From assembly GCA_047602425.1 (NCBI GenBank), contig JASGHG010000001.1, positions 2,880,001 to 2,944,000 of the forward strand: DNA of 64,000 bases. Reading direction: 5' to 3'. Shown piece by piece: positions 47,956 to 57,881 of this stretch (positions are counted from its first letter, which is position 1; the number at the start of each line of letters is the position of its first letter). The notes beneath the pieces are model-generated. The model was given only the letters and a program-made list of their open reading frames with translations. It ran no database searches and was not told the origin of the DNA. The position numbers were made by a program, and so were the translations under genes. This DNA is from Nibricoccus sp. GTDB lineage: Bacteria; Verrucomicrobiota; Verrucomicrobiia; Opitutales; Opitutaceae.

Positions 47956-48030
47956 TCGTCAGAGGCGATTTTTGGCCCGATTGCGCGAGTCGAAGCGAAC
48001 CAATTGATAAGGACTACGCCCGGCGTGGGG

Positions 48031-48486
48031 TTAATCCCCAACCGCTTGATCGACCATGCTGTCGCCTTTTGCCTTCTTGAAGGAAAGGTTGAGTTTCGTG
48101 GCGATGGTTTTTTCGAGATAGCCGATTTGGCGTTGAGCGAGGCGCTTGAACTTGTCCTCAGGGACTTCCTTGTCCGAGGTGAAGTTGGCGTAGAACTTGA
48201 CGTCCGCGGCCGTCGCTACGGCGTACACTTTGATCGTGATTTTGCTCTGGACGGTGGTTGCGGTGGTGACGTTGCGTTCCCAACCGAGGTTTTCCCACTG
48301 CTCCTCCACGAGGGCTTTGCTGACCGCGACAGAAACCTTGCTCTGGTCCATGCCGGCAGGCATCGCCAGAATCGCGATCGGATCGCCGGGCGGCGGCGTG
48401 AAGGCCGGCGAAAGTTCCTGGCCGCGCAGCACGGGAAGCGCACAGAGAGTTGAAACGAGGAATAGCAGGGGCAGTAATTTTTTCAT
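48031..48486 (-). CDS. Hypothetical exported protein
   Basis: MKKLLPLLFLVSTLCALPVLRG signal peptide; genome-typical codon use. Confidence 0.7.
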   Translation of the reverse strand: MKKLLPLLFLVSTLCALPVLRGQELSPAFTPPPGDPIAILAMPAGMDQSKVSVAVSKALVEEQWENLGWERNVTTATTVQSKITIKVYAVATAADVKFYANFTSDKEVPEDKFKRLAQRQIGYLEKTIATKLNLSFKKAKGDSMVDQAVGD

Positions 48487-48692
48487 GAGCGAATCAATGC
48501 GCGAAGTAATGGGCTGGACAGGCAAAGCCACGGTCATCCGAGGCCGTGAGGGTGATGCGCGCCGCTAGCCGGAGTTGTGTTGGCACGAAATTACAGCCCA
48601 CGGGCCGTGGGAGACAATAAGAATTCACTGCGTTTCACTTCCAAGCAGATTTTTGGCGACGCTCGAAAATTTGGCGCAATCCGTTGTATCAG

Positions 48693-50234
48693 CTAATTTA
48701 TGGATTGCAGGCTGGCTTGCAGATCGTCGCTCAAACAGGCGCGCAGCCCTTGGGGTTGACGCGGATGCGGTTGATAGAGGGCGCGCTGGGCTCCGAGCTG
48801 CTTTTTGTTCGAGGTGAAATAGCGTGCGGCCTGCACGAAGCGTGGCGCGTGCTTTGCGACATGCCAGAGACTCCAGCGATGTTCCCAGAGGCGTTTGGCG
48901 AAACGATTCCGATACGGCCAGCTGTCATAGAAACGACGCACGTGTTGGTTATAAAGGAGGTCCATTTCTTCGCGTGAGGCGAAGTCTTTGGGGCGATAGA
49001 CAAAATTCAGGCAATTCATCAGGCGCCAGTCTTCCTGCATTTCGCCGGTTTGGTTGCTGGCGCATTCGTCCCAAATGGGCGCGCCATAGAGCGGACTGAA
49101 CTTGGTCATGTTCATGTCGTCCAAGTCGAGCGAGAGGATGAAATCGCTGGTGGTTTTAATCGTTTCGGGTGTTTCCCCGGGCAGGCCGAAGATGAAAAGT
49201 CCCTTGGCGCGCAGGCCGGCGGCGTGGATTTGGTGGACGGTGTCGCGCACGGCGTCGAGAGTGACGCCGGCTTTGTGACGACGCATCATTTCGGAGTCCG
49301 CGGACTCGATGCCGAGTGAGACCATGAGGGCGCCCGCGCGTTTGAGCAGTTTCAACAAATCGCCGGACGTGTGCCCGGCGCGAATGGCGCAATTGAAATT
49401 CATGCTGAGCGGCTCGCGGATGAGTTTTTCGCACAGCGCGGTCACACGTTTCACGTTGGCCGTGAAAAGATCGTCGTAGAAATTGATGTGCCGCACACCG
49501 AAATGGTCGCGCAAATGCCGCATGTGCGCGTGGATATATTCGGGGGAATTGCTGCGGTGGATGCGTTCGAAAACCGTGCGATCGCAAAACGAGCACGTAT
49601 ACGGACAACCCCGTGAGGTGATCATGGTCGCGCCCCGCCGCTTGATGTAAGAAAAAAGCGGCAGGTGATAGCCCTGCGGGAAGCCGGGAAGCTTTTCGTA
49701 GGCGGGAAAAGGGAGTGTATCGAGATCGAGAATACGCTGTCGCCGCGGATTGGATACAACGTGGCCGTTGTCGCGCCAGACGAGATTGGCAATTTCGCGA
49801 AGCGGTCTGCTATCGGCGAGGTCGAGCATTGGGCCTTCGCCTTCGCCGATGCAGAGATAGTCGATTTCGGGAAAGAGTTTTAACAGCGGGGCGCCGATTG
49901 AAGACGCGTGGACGTTGCCGACGACGATCTGGACTTCGGGACGCTCGCGCTTGATCGCGGCCGCGAGGTCAACGCCTTCGAGAAAAGCGCAGGTGGTGGC
50001 GGAAATGCCGACGAGATCGGGTTTCGTTGCGAGGATGGCGGCGGCGTTGGCCTCAATGCCCGTGGGCGCGACCGGCCCGAGGCAATCGTGCACGGCGGTG
50101 GCGTGACCATGTTTTTCCAACCAAGCGGCAAGGGCAAGAATGCCGACGGGCGCCATGCGATTGGCGAGCACGGTGAGATCGAGCTGTCCGGGGACGAAAT
50201 TGAAGCCGGAGGGATGGACGAGCGTGATTCGCAT
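48693..50234 (-). CDS. Cobalamin-binding radical SAM protein (class B-like)
   Basis: B12-binding N-terminus (APVGIL, PDLVGIS, GNVHAS, GEGE); TSRGCPYTCSFC; FYDDLFT; GIESA; IFGLPGET. Confidence 0.92.
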   Translation of the reverse strand: MRITLVHPSGFNFVPGQLDLTVLANRMAPVGILALAAWLEKHGHATAVHDCLGPVAPTGIEANAAAILATKPDLVGISATTCAFLEGVDLAAAIKRERPEVQIVVGNVHASSIGAPLLKLFPEIDYLCIGEGEGPMLDLADSRPLREIANLVWRDNGHVVSNPRRQRILDLDTLPFPAYEKLPGFPQGYHLPLFSYIKRRGATMITSRGCPYTCSFCDRTVFERIHRSNSPEYIHAHMRHLRDHFGVRHINFYDDLFTANVKRVTALCEKLIREPLSMNFNCAIRAGHTSGDLLKLLKRAGALMVSLGIESADSEMMRRHKAGVTLDAVRDTVHQIHAAGLRAKGLFIFGLPGETPETIKTTSDFILSLDLDDMNMTKFSPLYGAPIWDECASNQTGEMQEDWRLMNCLNFVYRPKDFASREEMDLLYNQHVRRFYDSWPYRNRFAKRLWEHRWSLWHVAKHAPRFVQAARYFTSNKKQLGAQRALYQPHPRQPQGLRACLSDDLQASLQSIN

Positions 50235-50293
50235 GGCGAAGCGGAACCTTTGCATGAAAGGTCACGGCGTGAGTTGGCTCAACTTTGGAAAAT

Positions 50294-50323
50294 AAAAAAA
50301 CCGGCGTTTTGAGGCGCCGGTTT
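50294..50323 (-). terminator. Rho-independent terminator
   Basis: A7-CCGGCG-loop-CGCCGGTTT on the + strand. Confidence 0.7.
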
Positions 50324-50348
50324 GCGAAATTAGAAAGTTGTCTGCGAC

Positions 50349-50945
50349 TCAGTAGAGACCGCGCCCTTTTGCCAGGACGCCGTCTTGGAAAACGAGAAGA
50401 TGTGTCCCGAAGCGATTGTTCCAATAGGTCCAAGAATCGATTTCGAGCGAAGGCGTTTTATGGCCGGGAGGATAGCCGCGCGTCATGATGACTTGTTCCT
50501 TGGTCATGCCGAGCGTGAGGATGCCGTTGCGAATGTTTTTGGCGACTTTCTCGTCGAATTTTTCAATCGGCACAGGAGTGCGCGTGAGCATGTTTTTGGC
50601 AATTTCCGCCATCTCGCGCTGACTGTACTTTTGCACATTTTCGATCGTCAGCACCTGGCCGGACTTCTCGATTTTGATCTGCATGGAATGCGAACCGAGC
50701 GAGTTCAAGGTGACCTTGGAGTTGATCGGCACGAAGATGCTCGAATCGGTCCAATAATTGGTGGTTTCCCATTCTTTGCCTGCTTCATAGCGAAGGCAGT
50801 GTCGCATGTAATATTGTTCGCCCACGACGGGAGCGGCTTCTTTTTCAATGGATTCAAAATACCCGATGGATTTGGTGTCGGCGTGGAGACTTGAGAGCGC
50901 GGAGACGAAGGCTGCAAAAGCCAGGAGGTGTTTGATCGTTTTCAT
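50349..50945 (-). CDS. Hypothetical exported protein with BamE/SmpA-like C-terminal motif
   Basis: Signal peptide ending LHA; LGMTKEQVIMTRGYPP...WTYW. Confidence 0.7.
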   Translation of the reverse strand: MKTIKHLLAFAAFVSALSSLHADTKSIGYFESIEKEAAPVVGEQYYMRHCLRYEAGKEWETTNYWTDSSIFVPINSKVTLNSLGSHSMQIKIEKSGQVLTIENVQKYSQREMAEIAKNMLTRTPVPIEKFDEKVAKNIRNGILTLGMTKEQVIMTRGYPPGHKTPSLEIDSWTYWNNRFGTHLLVFQDGVLAKGRGLY

Positions 50946-51201
50946 AGAGAAGGAGTAAAAGACAGCTGGAATGGAAGTGGTTCCCGACGTTGCGGTTTTG
51001 AGGCAGCTGATGACGAACAAGCGGAAAATGGATCAGCATCGAAAAACCGGCAACGGGGAATGATATTTTCTGCGCATTTGGGAACGTTTTGCAGGAATAG
51101 GTTCGCGGGGCGTGTTGGCTGGGGCAGACCGGCCGGGCGGGCTGACGTTGGTTTTGGAATTGCTCGCCTTGTGGTTCCCGCTTCTCGATGTTGCCTGCCA
51201 C

Positions 51202-52350
51202 ATGAACGACGCTGAACAAATCGAGATCACGACCCGCTCCGAGCCCGGGGAAGTGGGATTGGTGGAGCCGCGCGACTTTGTTTCAACCGAGCCGTTCACC
51301 TTCGAAAGCGGCCAGGTGCTGCCGGGTTTTACGCTGCGTTATGAAACGTACGGTCACCTTAACGCGGCGCGCGACAACGTCGTGGTGGTCTGCCACGCGC
51401 TCAGCGGGGATCATCACTGCGCCGGCATTCATTCGCTCAACGACAAAAAACCCGGCTGGTGGAACAACATCATTGGCCCGGGCAAAGCCGTCGATACGAG
51501 CCGGTATTTTGTCATTTGCGCGAACGTGCTGGGCGGTTGCCAGGGCTCGTCGGGTCCGTCGACGATCAATCCCGCCACGGGCAAACCTTTTGGCATCGCG
51601 TTTCCTTTTGTGACGGTGCGCGACATGGTGCGGGCACAGAAACGTCTGCACGATTCGCTGGGCATCGCCTCGTTGTACGCCGTGATCGGCGGCTCGATGG
51701 GCGGCATGCAGGTGCTGCAATGGGGCATCGAATATCCCTCGTACGTGCGCCGCATGTTGCCGATGGCCACAACCGCGCGCGAGAGTGCGCAAGGCATCGG
51801 TTTCAACGAGGTGGGCCGCCAGGCGATCATGCAGGATCCTGAATGGCATCAGGGCGAGTACCCGAAAAACGGCGGCCCGAAAGTCGGCCTCGCTATCGCA
51901 CGCATGATGGCGCACATCACCTACGTTTCCGATGCAAGCATGGACCGGAAATTCGGTCGCAAGCGCAAGACTCCGACGGACAACGCGGCGTACACGTTTG
52001 ACGCGCAATTCGAGGTCGAAAGCTACCTGCGCTATCAGGGCGAAAGCTTCATCAATCGCTTCGACGCCAACTCGTACCTCTACATCACGCGCGCGATCGA
52101 CCACTTCGATTTGGCGGCGGCGTATGGTTCGCTGGAAAAGGCATTCGCCAATGTCGAGGCCGAGGCATTGGTCGTGGGCTTTACCAGCGACTGGCTGTTC
52201 CCGCCGGAACAAAATCGTCAAATCGCGCTGGCGCTTTTACGAGACGGCAAACGCGCGAGTTACGCCGAATTGTCCACCGACCTGGGTCATGATTCGTTTC
52301 TGCTCGAATCGGAGGAGCTCTACGCCTTGGTCCGCGGATTTCTGGCCTGA
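51202..52350 (+). CDS. metX: Homoserine O-acetyltransferase
   Basis: YETYG-x-LN, CHALSGD, NVLGGCQGSSGP, GGSMGGMQ, ARMMAHITY, FDANSY, SDWLFPP, GHDSFL. Confidence 0.96.
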   Translation: MNDAEQIEITTRSEPGEVGLVEPRDFVSTEPFTFESGQVLPGFTLRYETYGHLNAARDNVVVVCHALSGDHHCAGIHSLNDKKPGWWNNIIGPGKAVDTSRYFVICANVLGGCQGSSGPSTINPATGKPFGIAFPFVTVRDMVRAQKRLHDSLGIASLYAVIGGSMGGMQVLQWGIEYPSYVRRMLPMATTARESAQGIGFNEVGRQAIMQDPEWHQGEYPKNGGPKVGLAIARMMAHITYVSDASMDRKFGRKRKTPTDNAAYTFDAQFEVESYLRYQGESFINRFDANSYLYITRAIDHFDLAAAYGSLEKAFANVEAEALVVGFTSDWLFPPEQNRQIALALLRDGKRASYAELSTDLGHDSFLLESEELYALVRGFLA

Positions 52351-52355
52351 CGAAA

Positions 52356-52390
52356 AATAAAAAAGCGCGGCATTTTTCCATGCCGCGCTT
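52356..52390 (-). terminator. Terminator between convergent metX and aquaporin
   Basis: A-run then AAGCGCGGCAT-ttttcc-ATGCCGCGCTT. Confidence 0.8.
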
Positions 52391-52411
52391 GGATATTGAA
52401 AGCAGTTCGTT

Positions 52412-53029
52412 TTACTCCGGGCCATTGAGCGATTTGAAGGCGAGGGCGGCGACCGCGCCACCGGCGAGATCGGCCACGCAGTACACCCCGAGTTGTTGGA
52501 TCTTTTCCAGACCCATCACGAAAACACCAAGGCCGACAGCGGGATTGAACGCGCCGCCGGACACGCCACCGACTGCAACCGCACCGGTCAGCACGGTGAA
52601 ACCGATGGCGAGACCGTAGAAGGAATTGCCCGAAGTGCCTTTGGCGGTTGCGGCATTCAGGACCACCCACGCAAGCGCGAAAGTGAACAGAAATTCGACA
52701 ATCAACGAGGGCACCGTGCCATGGAGCGCCGGAGCGGCGGGTTTGCCGACAAAAAGATAGGTGACCAGCAAGGCGGCCACCGCACCGGCGACGAATTGAG
52801 CGATCCAGTAGGGGAGGAGATCCTTGGGCGCCGCTTTGCCGCGCAGCGTGACGGCGAGCGTGACCGCCGGGTTAAAATGGCCGCCGGAAATGTGACCGCC
52901 GGCAAAAATCATAACCATCAAAGCAGAGCCAATCGCGACGGGAGCCAGCGGAGCGCCGCCGCGGACGGACATGCCGACCGTGAAGACGAGGAAGAAGGTG
53001 CCGATGAATTCGACGATATATTTTTTCAT
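52412..53029 (-). CDS. Aquaporin / MIP channel
   Basis: EFIGTF, SGGHFNPAVT and SGGAFNPAV (two NPA motifs). Confidence 0.95.
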   Translation of the reverse strand: MKKYIVEFIGTFFLVFTVGMSVRGGAPLAPVAIGSALMVMIFAGGHISGGHFNPAVTLAVTLRGKAAPKDLLPYWIAQFVAGAVAALLVTYLFVGKPAAPALHGTVPSLIVEFLFTFALAWVVLNAATAKGTSGNSFYGLAIGFTVLTGAVAVGGVSGGAFNPAVGLGVFVMGLEKIQQLGVYCVADLAGGAVAALAFKSLNGPE

Positions 53030-53116
53030 GGGAAGGAAGCGATGCTGTTAGACTTCGGACAAGGGAAAGGCAATCGGGCAGAATGGATCTGCAAACTGGT
53101 TATGAAAGCAATTTGC

Positions 53117-53872
53117 TTAAGAGATGCTTTGCCCTGCGGCGCGGCGAAGATTGTCGCAAACAATGGCGGCGGCGACGGCGGCGTTGAGCGATTCGGCACT
53201 GCCGAACCGGGGAATTGTGATAAAACGGGTCACACGGCTGCGCACGGTGGGGGAAAGTCCGCGGCCTTCGCTGCCGATGGCGACCACGGCGTCCTGCAGC
53301 GGCGCGAGATTATGCACATCGTCGCCCGCTAGATCGCAGCCGAGAACCGGAGCCGTGGTTTGTGCGAGCGTAGCGGCTAGATCGACGTTGAAAAACTTCA
53401 CGCGGCTAAACGAGCCCATGCTGGCGTGAATCACCTTTTGATTGAAAAAGTCGACGCTGTCCGACGATGCCACCACGCGGTCGAAAGCAAACCAATCCGC
53501 GATGCGCAGAAGCGTGCCGAGATTGCCCGCATCCTGTATGCCATCCAGGAGCAATGTAAGGCCGCGATTGAGCGCCTCGGGCGCAAGGACGGCGCGTTCA
53601 AGCCGGCCCACCGCGAGGATCGAGGAAGCGGTGGGGAAATGGCTGATCCGCGCCATTTCATCCGCTGAGATGACGCGCGGCCGGGGGTGATCCGATTTTG
53701 TCTGGACGGCGGACTGCCATCCGGCCGTGACATACAATTCGCAAAGCGGATGGCCGGTAGTGAGCAGTTCGGCGACGACCTTTTCGCCTTCGATCGCGAA
53801 GAGGCCGAGGGCATCGCGATGTTTCTTGTCGCGCAGGGAGCGGAGTCGGGCGATTTCTGCCTTCGATAGCAT
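53117..53872 (-). CDS. TrmH/SpoU family RNA methyltransferase
   Basis: IEGEK, DGIQDAGNLGTLLRIADWF, GSEGRG, IPRFGSAESLNAAVA. Confidence 0.93.
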   Translation of the reverse strand: MLSKAEIARLRSLRDKKHRDALGLFAIEGEKVVAELLTTGHPLCELYVTAGWQSAVQTKSDHPRPRVISADEMARISHFPTASSILAVGRLERAVLAPEALNRGLTLLLDGIQDAGNLGTLLRIADWFAFDRVVASSDSVDFFNQKVIHASMGSFSRVKFFNVDLAATLAQTTAPVLGCDLAGDDVHNLAPLQDAVVAIGSEGRGLSPTVRSRVTRFITIPRFGSAESLNAAVAAAIVCDNLRRAAGQSIS

Positions 53873-53966
53873 ATTCCGAGCAGATACAACCGGCCGACAA
53901 AGGCAAAGCTTCCGCGAGGACGTTTTTTTCATTGCGTCAGTCTTTGGGCTTGAGACTTTGCGACGC

Positions 53967-54215
53967 ATGAAAATCCAAGCTCTGTTCCGGGGTATTGTTG
54001 TTTTGGCGCTGGTTTTTGTCGCGATTTACCTGGGCATGTCCAACACGCAATCCATCCAGTTTTCGTTTCCGCTTTTGCTGAAACAGAAAATCTCGCAGCC
54101 CGCCGCGCTGGTCTTTTTCGGCATGTTCGCCTTGGGACTCATCGTCGGGCTCATGCTGGTGCCGCGCCAGAAATCGGAAGACGAAGGAAATGCGCCGGCC
54201 CGGAGAAAAAAATAG
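53967..54215 (+). CDS. Small two-TM protein, LapA (DUF1049)-like
   Basis: TM-SNTQSIQFSF-...-PAALVFFGMFALGLIVG-basic tail. Confidence 0.7.
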   Translation: MKIQALFRGIVVLALVFVAIYLGMSNTQSIQFSFPLLLKQKISQPAALVFFGMFALGLIVGLMLVPRQKSEDEGNAPARRKK

Positions 54216-54490
54216 CCTGTTGTCGTGGCGGACGCGCGGCCTGCGGCCGGCGTTTGGAGCTGGCAAACGTTTCTGCTAGTGATGCAAAATGGTTGTGTAT
54301 TCGAATTTCAAAGACAGAGCTGGCTAAAAATTTGAAAAACGCGGGAACAAATATGTTTTAGGGTTTACCTATAGGGTTTTTTCCTATCAAAAAAATTCGT
54401 TAAATCCCCAATCAATCCACCCCACCAGCCGAATTGCTTGTCAGGCCAGTGTGCATGTGAAGACCCGATGTGCACGAACCTCCAACTCCA

Positions 54491-55231
54491 ATGAATACAT
54501 CCAGTAGTCTCTCGAAATCCCGTGTCGGTGCCCTCGCTGTTCTCGGAATGGCACTGACGATCGGTCTGTCGGCCGCGCCCAGCTCGGCCTCGCAACCCAC
54601 CAAAATCGAAGCCAAAGCCCAGCGCGAAATCGCGATGGTTTATCCCTACGAAATGCTGATTCAGGGCAAGCAGGGCTGGGCCGAGGCGAGTTTTGTGATC
54701 GACTACGCGGGCAAGCCGCTGTTCGCAACCCCCTCCACTTCAAGCGATCCGGCCTTTGCCAAGGCGGCGGTTGCAATGATCGAAGCCAACCGGTTCGCAC
54801 CGGCAAAAAAAGACAAGCGGGCGACGATGGCGATGTCCGCGCAGCGTTTCAGTTTTGAGGGAGACGCCTCCCTGACCCCGGAAACCCGTCGCGTGGTTGT
54901 CGAACTGCGCAAAGAGCGTCCGGCGATTTGCAGTCTGACGGAACTCGACGAACGGCCGAAAGCCCTGCGGCAGGATGCACCGGTGTATCCGCGCGCAATG
55001 AAAGACGACGGCCTCACCGGCCAGGCTGAGATTGAATTTGTGGTGACAGCCGAGGGCAACGTGGTTTGCCCACGAATTGTTTCGGCTTCGCAGGAAGATT
55101 TTGGTTGGGCAGCTGCGGCCGCGGTTGCGCAGTGGCGCTTTGAGGCGCCGACCAAAAACGGACAGAAGGTCGATGCCCGCATGACCGTTCCCGTGTTGTT
55201 TGACGCGCGTCGTCTCGCCGCGGCGGATTGA
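54491..55231 (+). CDS. TonB-family protein with two TonB C-terminal domains
   Basis: VYPYEMLIQGKQGWAEASFVIDYAG and PVYPRAMKDDGLTGQAEIEFVV...QWRFEAPTKNGQKV. Confidence 0.85.
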   Translation: MNTSSSLSKSRVGALAVLGMALTIGLSAAPSSASQPTKIEAKAQREIAMVYPYEMLIQGKQGWAEASFVIDYAGKPLFATPSTSSDPAFAKAAVAMIEANRFAPAKKDKRATMAMSAQRFSFEGDASLTPETRRVVVELRKERPAICSLTELDERPKALRQDAPVYPRAMKDDGLTGQAEIEFVVTAEGNVVCPRIVSASQEDFGWAAAAAVAQWRFEAPTKNGQKVDARMTVPVLFDARRLAAAD

Positions 55232-55264
55232 GTAATTAGTCCTGCCATTTAGTCATTTTCTCGC

Positions 55265-55298
55265 GCAAGGCCGGTTGATGCCGGCCTTGCTTTTTTTT
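55265..55298 (+). terminator. Rho-independent terminator between the TonB paralogs
   Basis: GCAAGGCCGG-ttgatg-CCGGCCTTGC-T8. Confidence 0.88.
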
Positions 55299-55410
55299 AC
55301 GAAGTCGAAATGATGTAGGCATGGCCAAGAACAAAGCAGTGCGGTCGGTCCTTTGGAGCGATTTTCCCAACCGGAAAACGTCAGACCGTTTGTCGAAGAC
55401 GTTGTGCATC

Positions 55411-56121
55411 ATGAGCCGCCTCTTAGTGGCGGCCCTCCTCATCAAGGTGGGTTTGTGCAGTTCCTCAGCATGGGCTCAGGCACCGAAAGCGTTGCCGAAA
55501 GTTCAGGTATCGCGCTCGATCAATCCGGTGTTTCCGTATGAAGCGCTTATCGCGGGCAAGTCCGGTTCGGCCGAGGTCAATTTCACCGTCGGTACGGACG
55601 GTCGGGCCATTCTTTTGAGCACGGAGCGAGCCACGGACCGCGCCTTCGCCATGGCGTTACAGGCTGACATTGAGGCCATCGAATTCATCCCGCCACGTCG
55701 CAACGGCCAGCCGCAGATGACGATGACGCGCGAAAGCTTCGACTTTTCCGCGAAGCCTGCGCTCGACCCGATCGCCGAAGGAATTTTGAACGAATTGCGC
55801 AAACCCAACCCCGCCATCACGCCGGTGGAAGCGCTTGATGCCAAACCAGAGGCCATCCGCCAGCCGCCGTCCGCTTATCCTTGGGTGTTGCGGGCGGACG
55901 CGATGTCGGGTGAGGCGGTCATTGAGTTCATCGTCGATCGCAACGGCCGCACGTTGTTCCCGCGCATCGTTTCCGCATCGCATGAGGATTTTGGCTGGGC
56001 TGCGGCGACGGCTGTTCTCCGTTGGCGCTATAAACCGCCCACAAAAGGCGGAGCCAAGGTCGACACGCGGATCACGGAGACCGTGGTTTTTGACATCAAA
56101 AAAGCCTCTGAGATGTGGTGA
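55411..56121 (+). CDS. TonB-family protein with two TonB C-terminal domains (paralog)
   Basis: PVFPYEALIAGKSGSAEVNFTV and PSAYP...GEAVIEFIVDRNG...PRIVSASHEDFGWAA...RWRYKPP. Confidence 0.85.
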   Translation: MSRLLVAALLIKVGLCSSSAWAQAPKALPKVQVSRSINPVFPYEALIAGKSGSAEVNFTVGTDGRAILLSTERATDRAFAMALQADIEAIEFIPPRRNGQPQMTMTRESFDFSAKPALDPIAEGILNELRKPNPAITPVEALDAKPEAIRQPPSAYPWVLRADAMSGEAVIEFIVDRNGRTLFPRIVSASHEDFGWAAATAVLRWRYKPPTKGGAKVDTRITETVVFDIKKASEMW

Positions 56122-56165
56122 CGGCTAGCGTCTGAGCCATTGTTGGCGGTAGGGAGGCGTTGGGT

Positions 56166-57113
56166 CTATTCCGGTCTTCGATCCCGAAGGCTGTAACGCA
56201 GTAATGCCGGGTCCTTGCGTTCCCCGGTGACATAAATGGCGCGGCTGTCTTTTGAAAAGCAAATGGCCTCAGCTTGGGGCAGCCCATGTGGATCGAGAAC
56301 GAGCGGCGGCCGGCTCAATGCAACCGCCCAGCTTTCGCCCGGACGCCTGGGGAACAATAAGACATCACCATAAGTGAGCACGGTCGCGGCGGACAGGTCT
56401 CCCGCAAAATCGGCGCCCGTGACGAACGCACGGAACCGTCCCGAAGGCATGGGAAGAACTTTCTGACGGGAATTCGGCTGGGGAACATGGGCGAGACGTG
56501 CGACCAATTCTGCCGGTGCCACAGCGCCGGAGACTGGCTTCCGCAGCGGCAAAGAATAAACCACGGGCGGTGTAGTACGTTTGGTGAACAGGTAAACTTT
56601 TTCCTCCCGCGCATCGACGGCGACCGCTTCGCAATCGTGCGCCGCGTCCGGATATGCGACGGGAGTGCGCCACGCTACCTTCGTGGTCAGCTCCTGTGTG
56701 GTCGAGAGCTGTGAAGGATCCGGTTCTGCAACGACGAGCAGGGAACAGTCTTTGCGTTTGCCGTTGTTGTCACCGGTGTCGGCAATGAGCAGCCAGGACT
56801 GGCCGTCGAGTTCGAACGAGGCGATGTCTTCCCAATCGATGTTTTTGACGCCCTCGACACGCAGTGTGCCCCGCAAGCGGCCATCGGTGCCGATGGCGTA
56901 CAGGACGGGCTGGCCCTTGCTGTCGTTGTGGATCCAGAGTAGTTCGGGAGTGCGCCGCGAGGGCGCCAAACCGCTCGTTTCAGTGGCGGCGGCGTGGAAA
57001 AGCCGGCCGGCTTTTTCCGGCGGGGACGCTGGCTTTTCCTTGCACGCGCCGAGCAGCAGCGCCGCAAGGGCGAGCGTCAGACCGAGCGCGCGAAAAAACC
57101 GATGCCGGTGCAT
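56166..57113 (-). CDS. Putative lipoprotein, beta-propeller-like, unknown function
   Basis: Lipobox LLGAC; ETSGL, HNDS, DWEDIA, ADTGDN, DCEA, QAEAI. Confidence 0.75.
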   Translation of the reverse strand: MHRHRFFRALGLTLALAALLLGACKEKPASPPEKAGRLFHAAATETSGLAPSRRTPELLWIHNDSKGQPVLYAIGTDGRLRGTLRVEGVKNIDWEDIASFELDGQSWLLIADTGDNNGKRKDCSLLVVAEPDPSQLSTTQELTTKVAWRTPVAYPDAAHDCEAVAVDAREEKVYLFTKRTTPPVVYSLPLRKPVSGAVAPAELVARLAHVPQPNSRQKVLPMPSGRFRAFVTGADFAGDLSAATVLTYGDVLLFPRRPGESWAVALSRPPLVLDPHGLPQAEAICFSKDSRAIYVTGERKDPALLRYSLRDRRPE

Positions 57114-57120
57114 CAGGAAC

Positions 57121-57822
57121 TTAATATCCGCCACTCGCACCTGTGGAAGCAGCCCCGCCAGCTTCAGCGAGGATGGCGGCGGCGCTGGAGGTGCCCAATC
57201 GCGTTGCGCCGGCGGCGATGAAAATGCGGGCGTCGGCCAGTGTCTTGATGCCGCCGGCGGCCTTTAGCTGGATTTTGGTGGTTCGGTTTTTTGCCCAGAG
57301 CGCGAGATGTTCGACTTTTGCTCCAGTTGAACCAAATCCAGTCGAGGTCTTGATGAAATCGGAGCCGGCGTCCTCGCAAATTTTCAGCGCCGGCAGCAGA
57401 TCGGCGTCACGCAGGTAGCAGGTTTCGACGATGACCTTGATCAGCAGTCCGAGTTTGTGCGCATGGGCGGTCAGGAAGGAAACCTCGGCGGCAGCAGCGG
57501 CAACCTCGCCTTCGCGAAGTGCGGCGTAATTCATCACAATGTCGACTTCACGCGCACCCGCTTGGTGTGCGGCGGTGATTTCCTCGGCCTTGGCGCTGGT
57601 CGCGAAACGCCCACTGGGAAACCCAATCACCGTTCCAATGGGAACTCCTGTGCCTTTCAGAACCCGCGCAGCCGAGGCGACACTGGCTGGATAAATCATC
57701 ACGCAGGCGAAACGTTTGTCGGCGGCTTCGCGGCAAAGTTTTTCGATGTCGGCATGCGTGGCGTCGAGTCGGAGATTCGTCGAGTCGAAGGTGGCAGCGA
57801 GTTGCGCAAGGGTTAGATTCAT
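57121..57822 (-). CDS. deoC: Deoxyribose-phosphate aldolase
   Basis: TVIGFPSG, GAREVDIV, KVIVETCYL, FIKTSTGF, KAAGGIKT, GATRLGTS. Confidence 0.96.
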   Translation of the reverse strand: MNLTLAQLAATFDSTNLRLDATHADIEKLCREAADKRFACVMIYPASVASAARVLKGTGVPIGTVIGFPSGRFATSAKAEEITAAHQAGAREVDIVMNYAALREGEVAAAAAEVSFLTAHAHKLGLLIKVIVETCYLRDADLLPALKICEDAGSDFIKTSTGFGSTGAKVEHLALWAKNRTTKIQLKAAGGIKTLADARIFIAAGATRLGTSSAAAILAEAGGAASTGASGGY

Positions 57823-57881
57823 GGCGCAAGGCTAGTTGGGCGGGGCCCGCCGGTGCAACTCTCGCGATGGATCCGCCTTGT

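Noticed and set aside
50950..51201. SAM riboswitch before metX
   Set aside because: No SAM-I/II core or terminator recognised by eye; an Rfam scan would be decisive.
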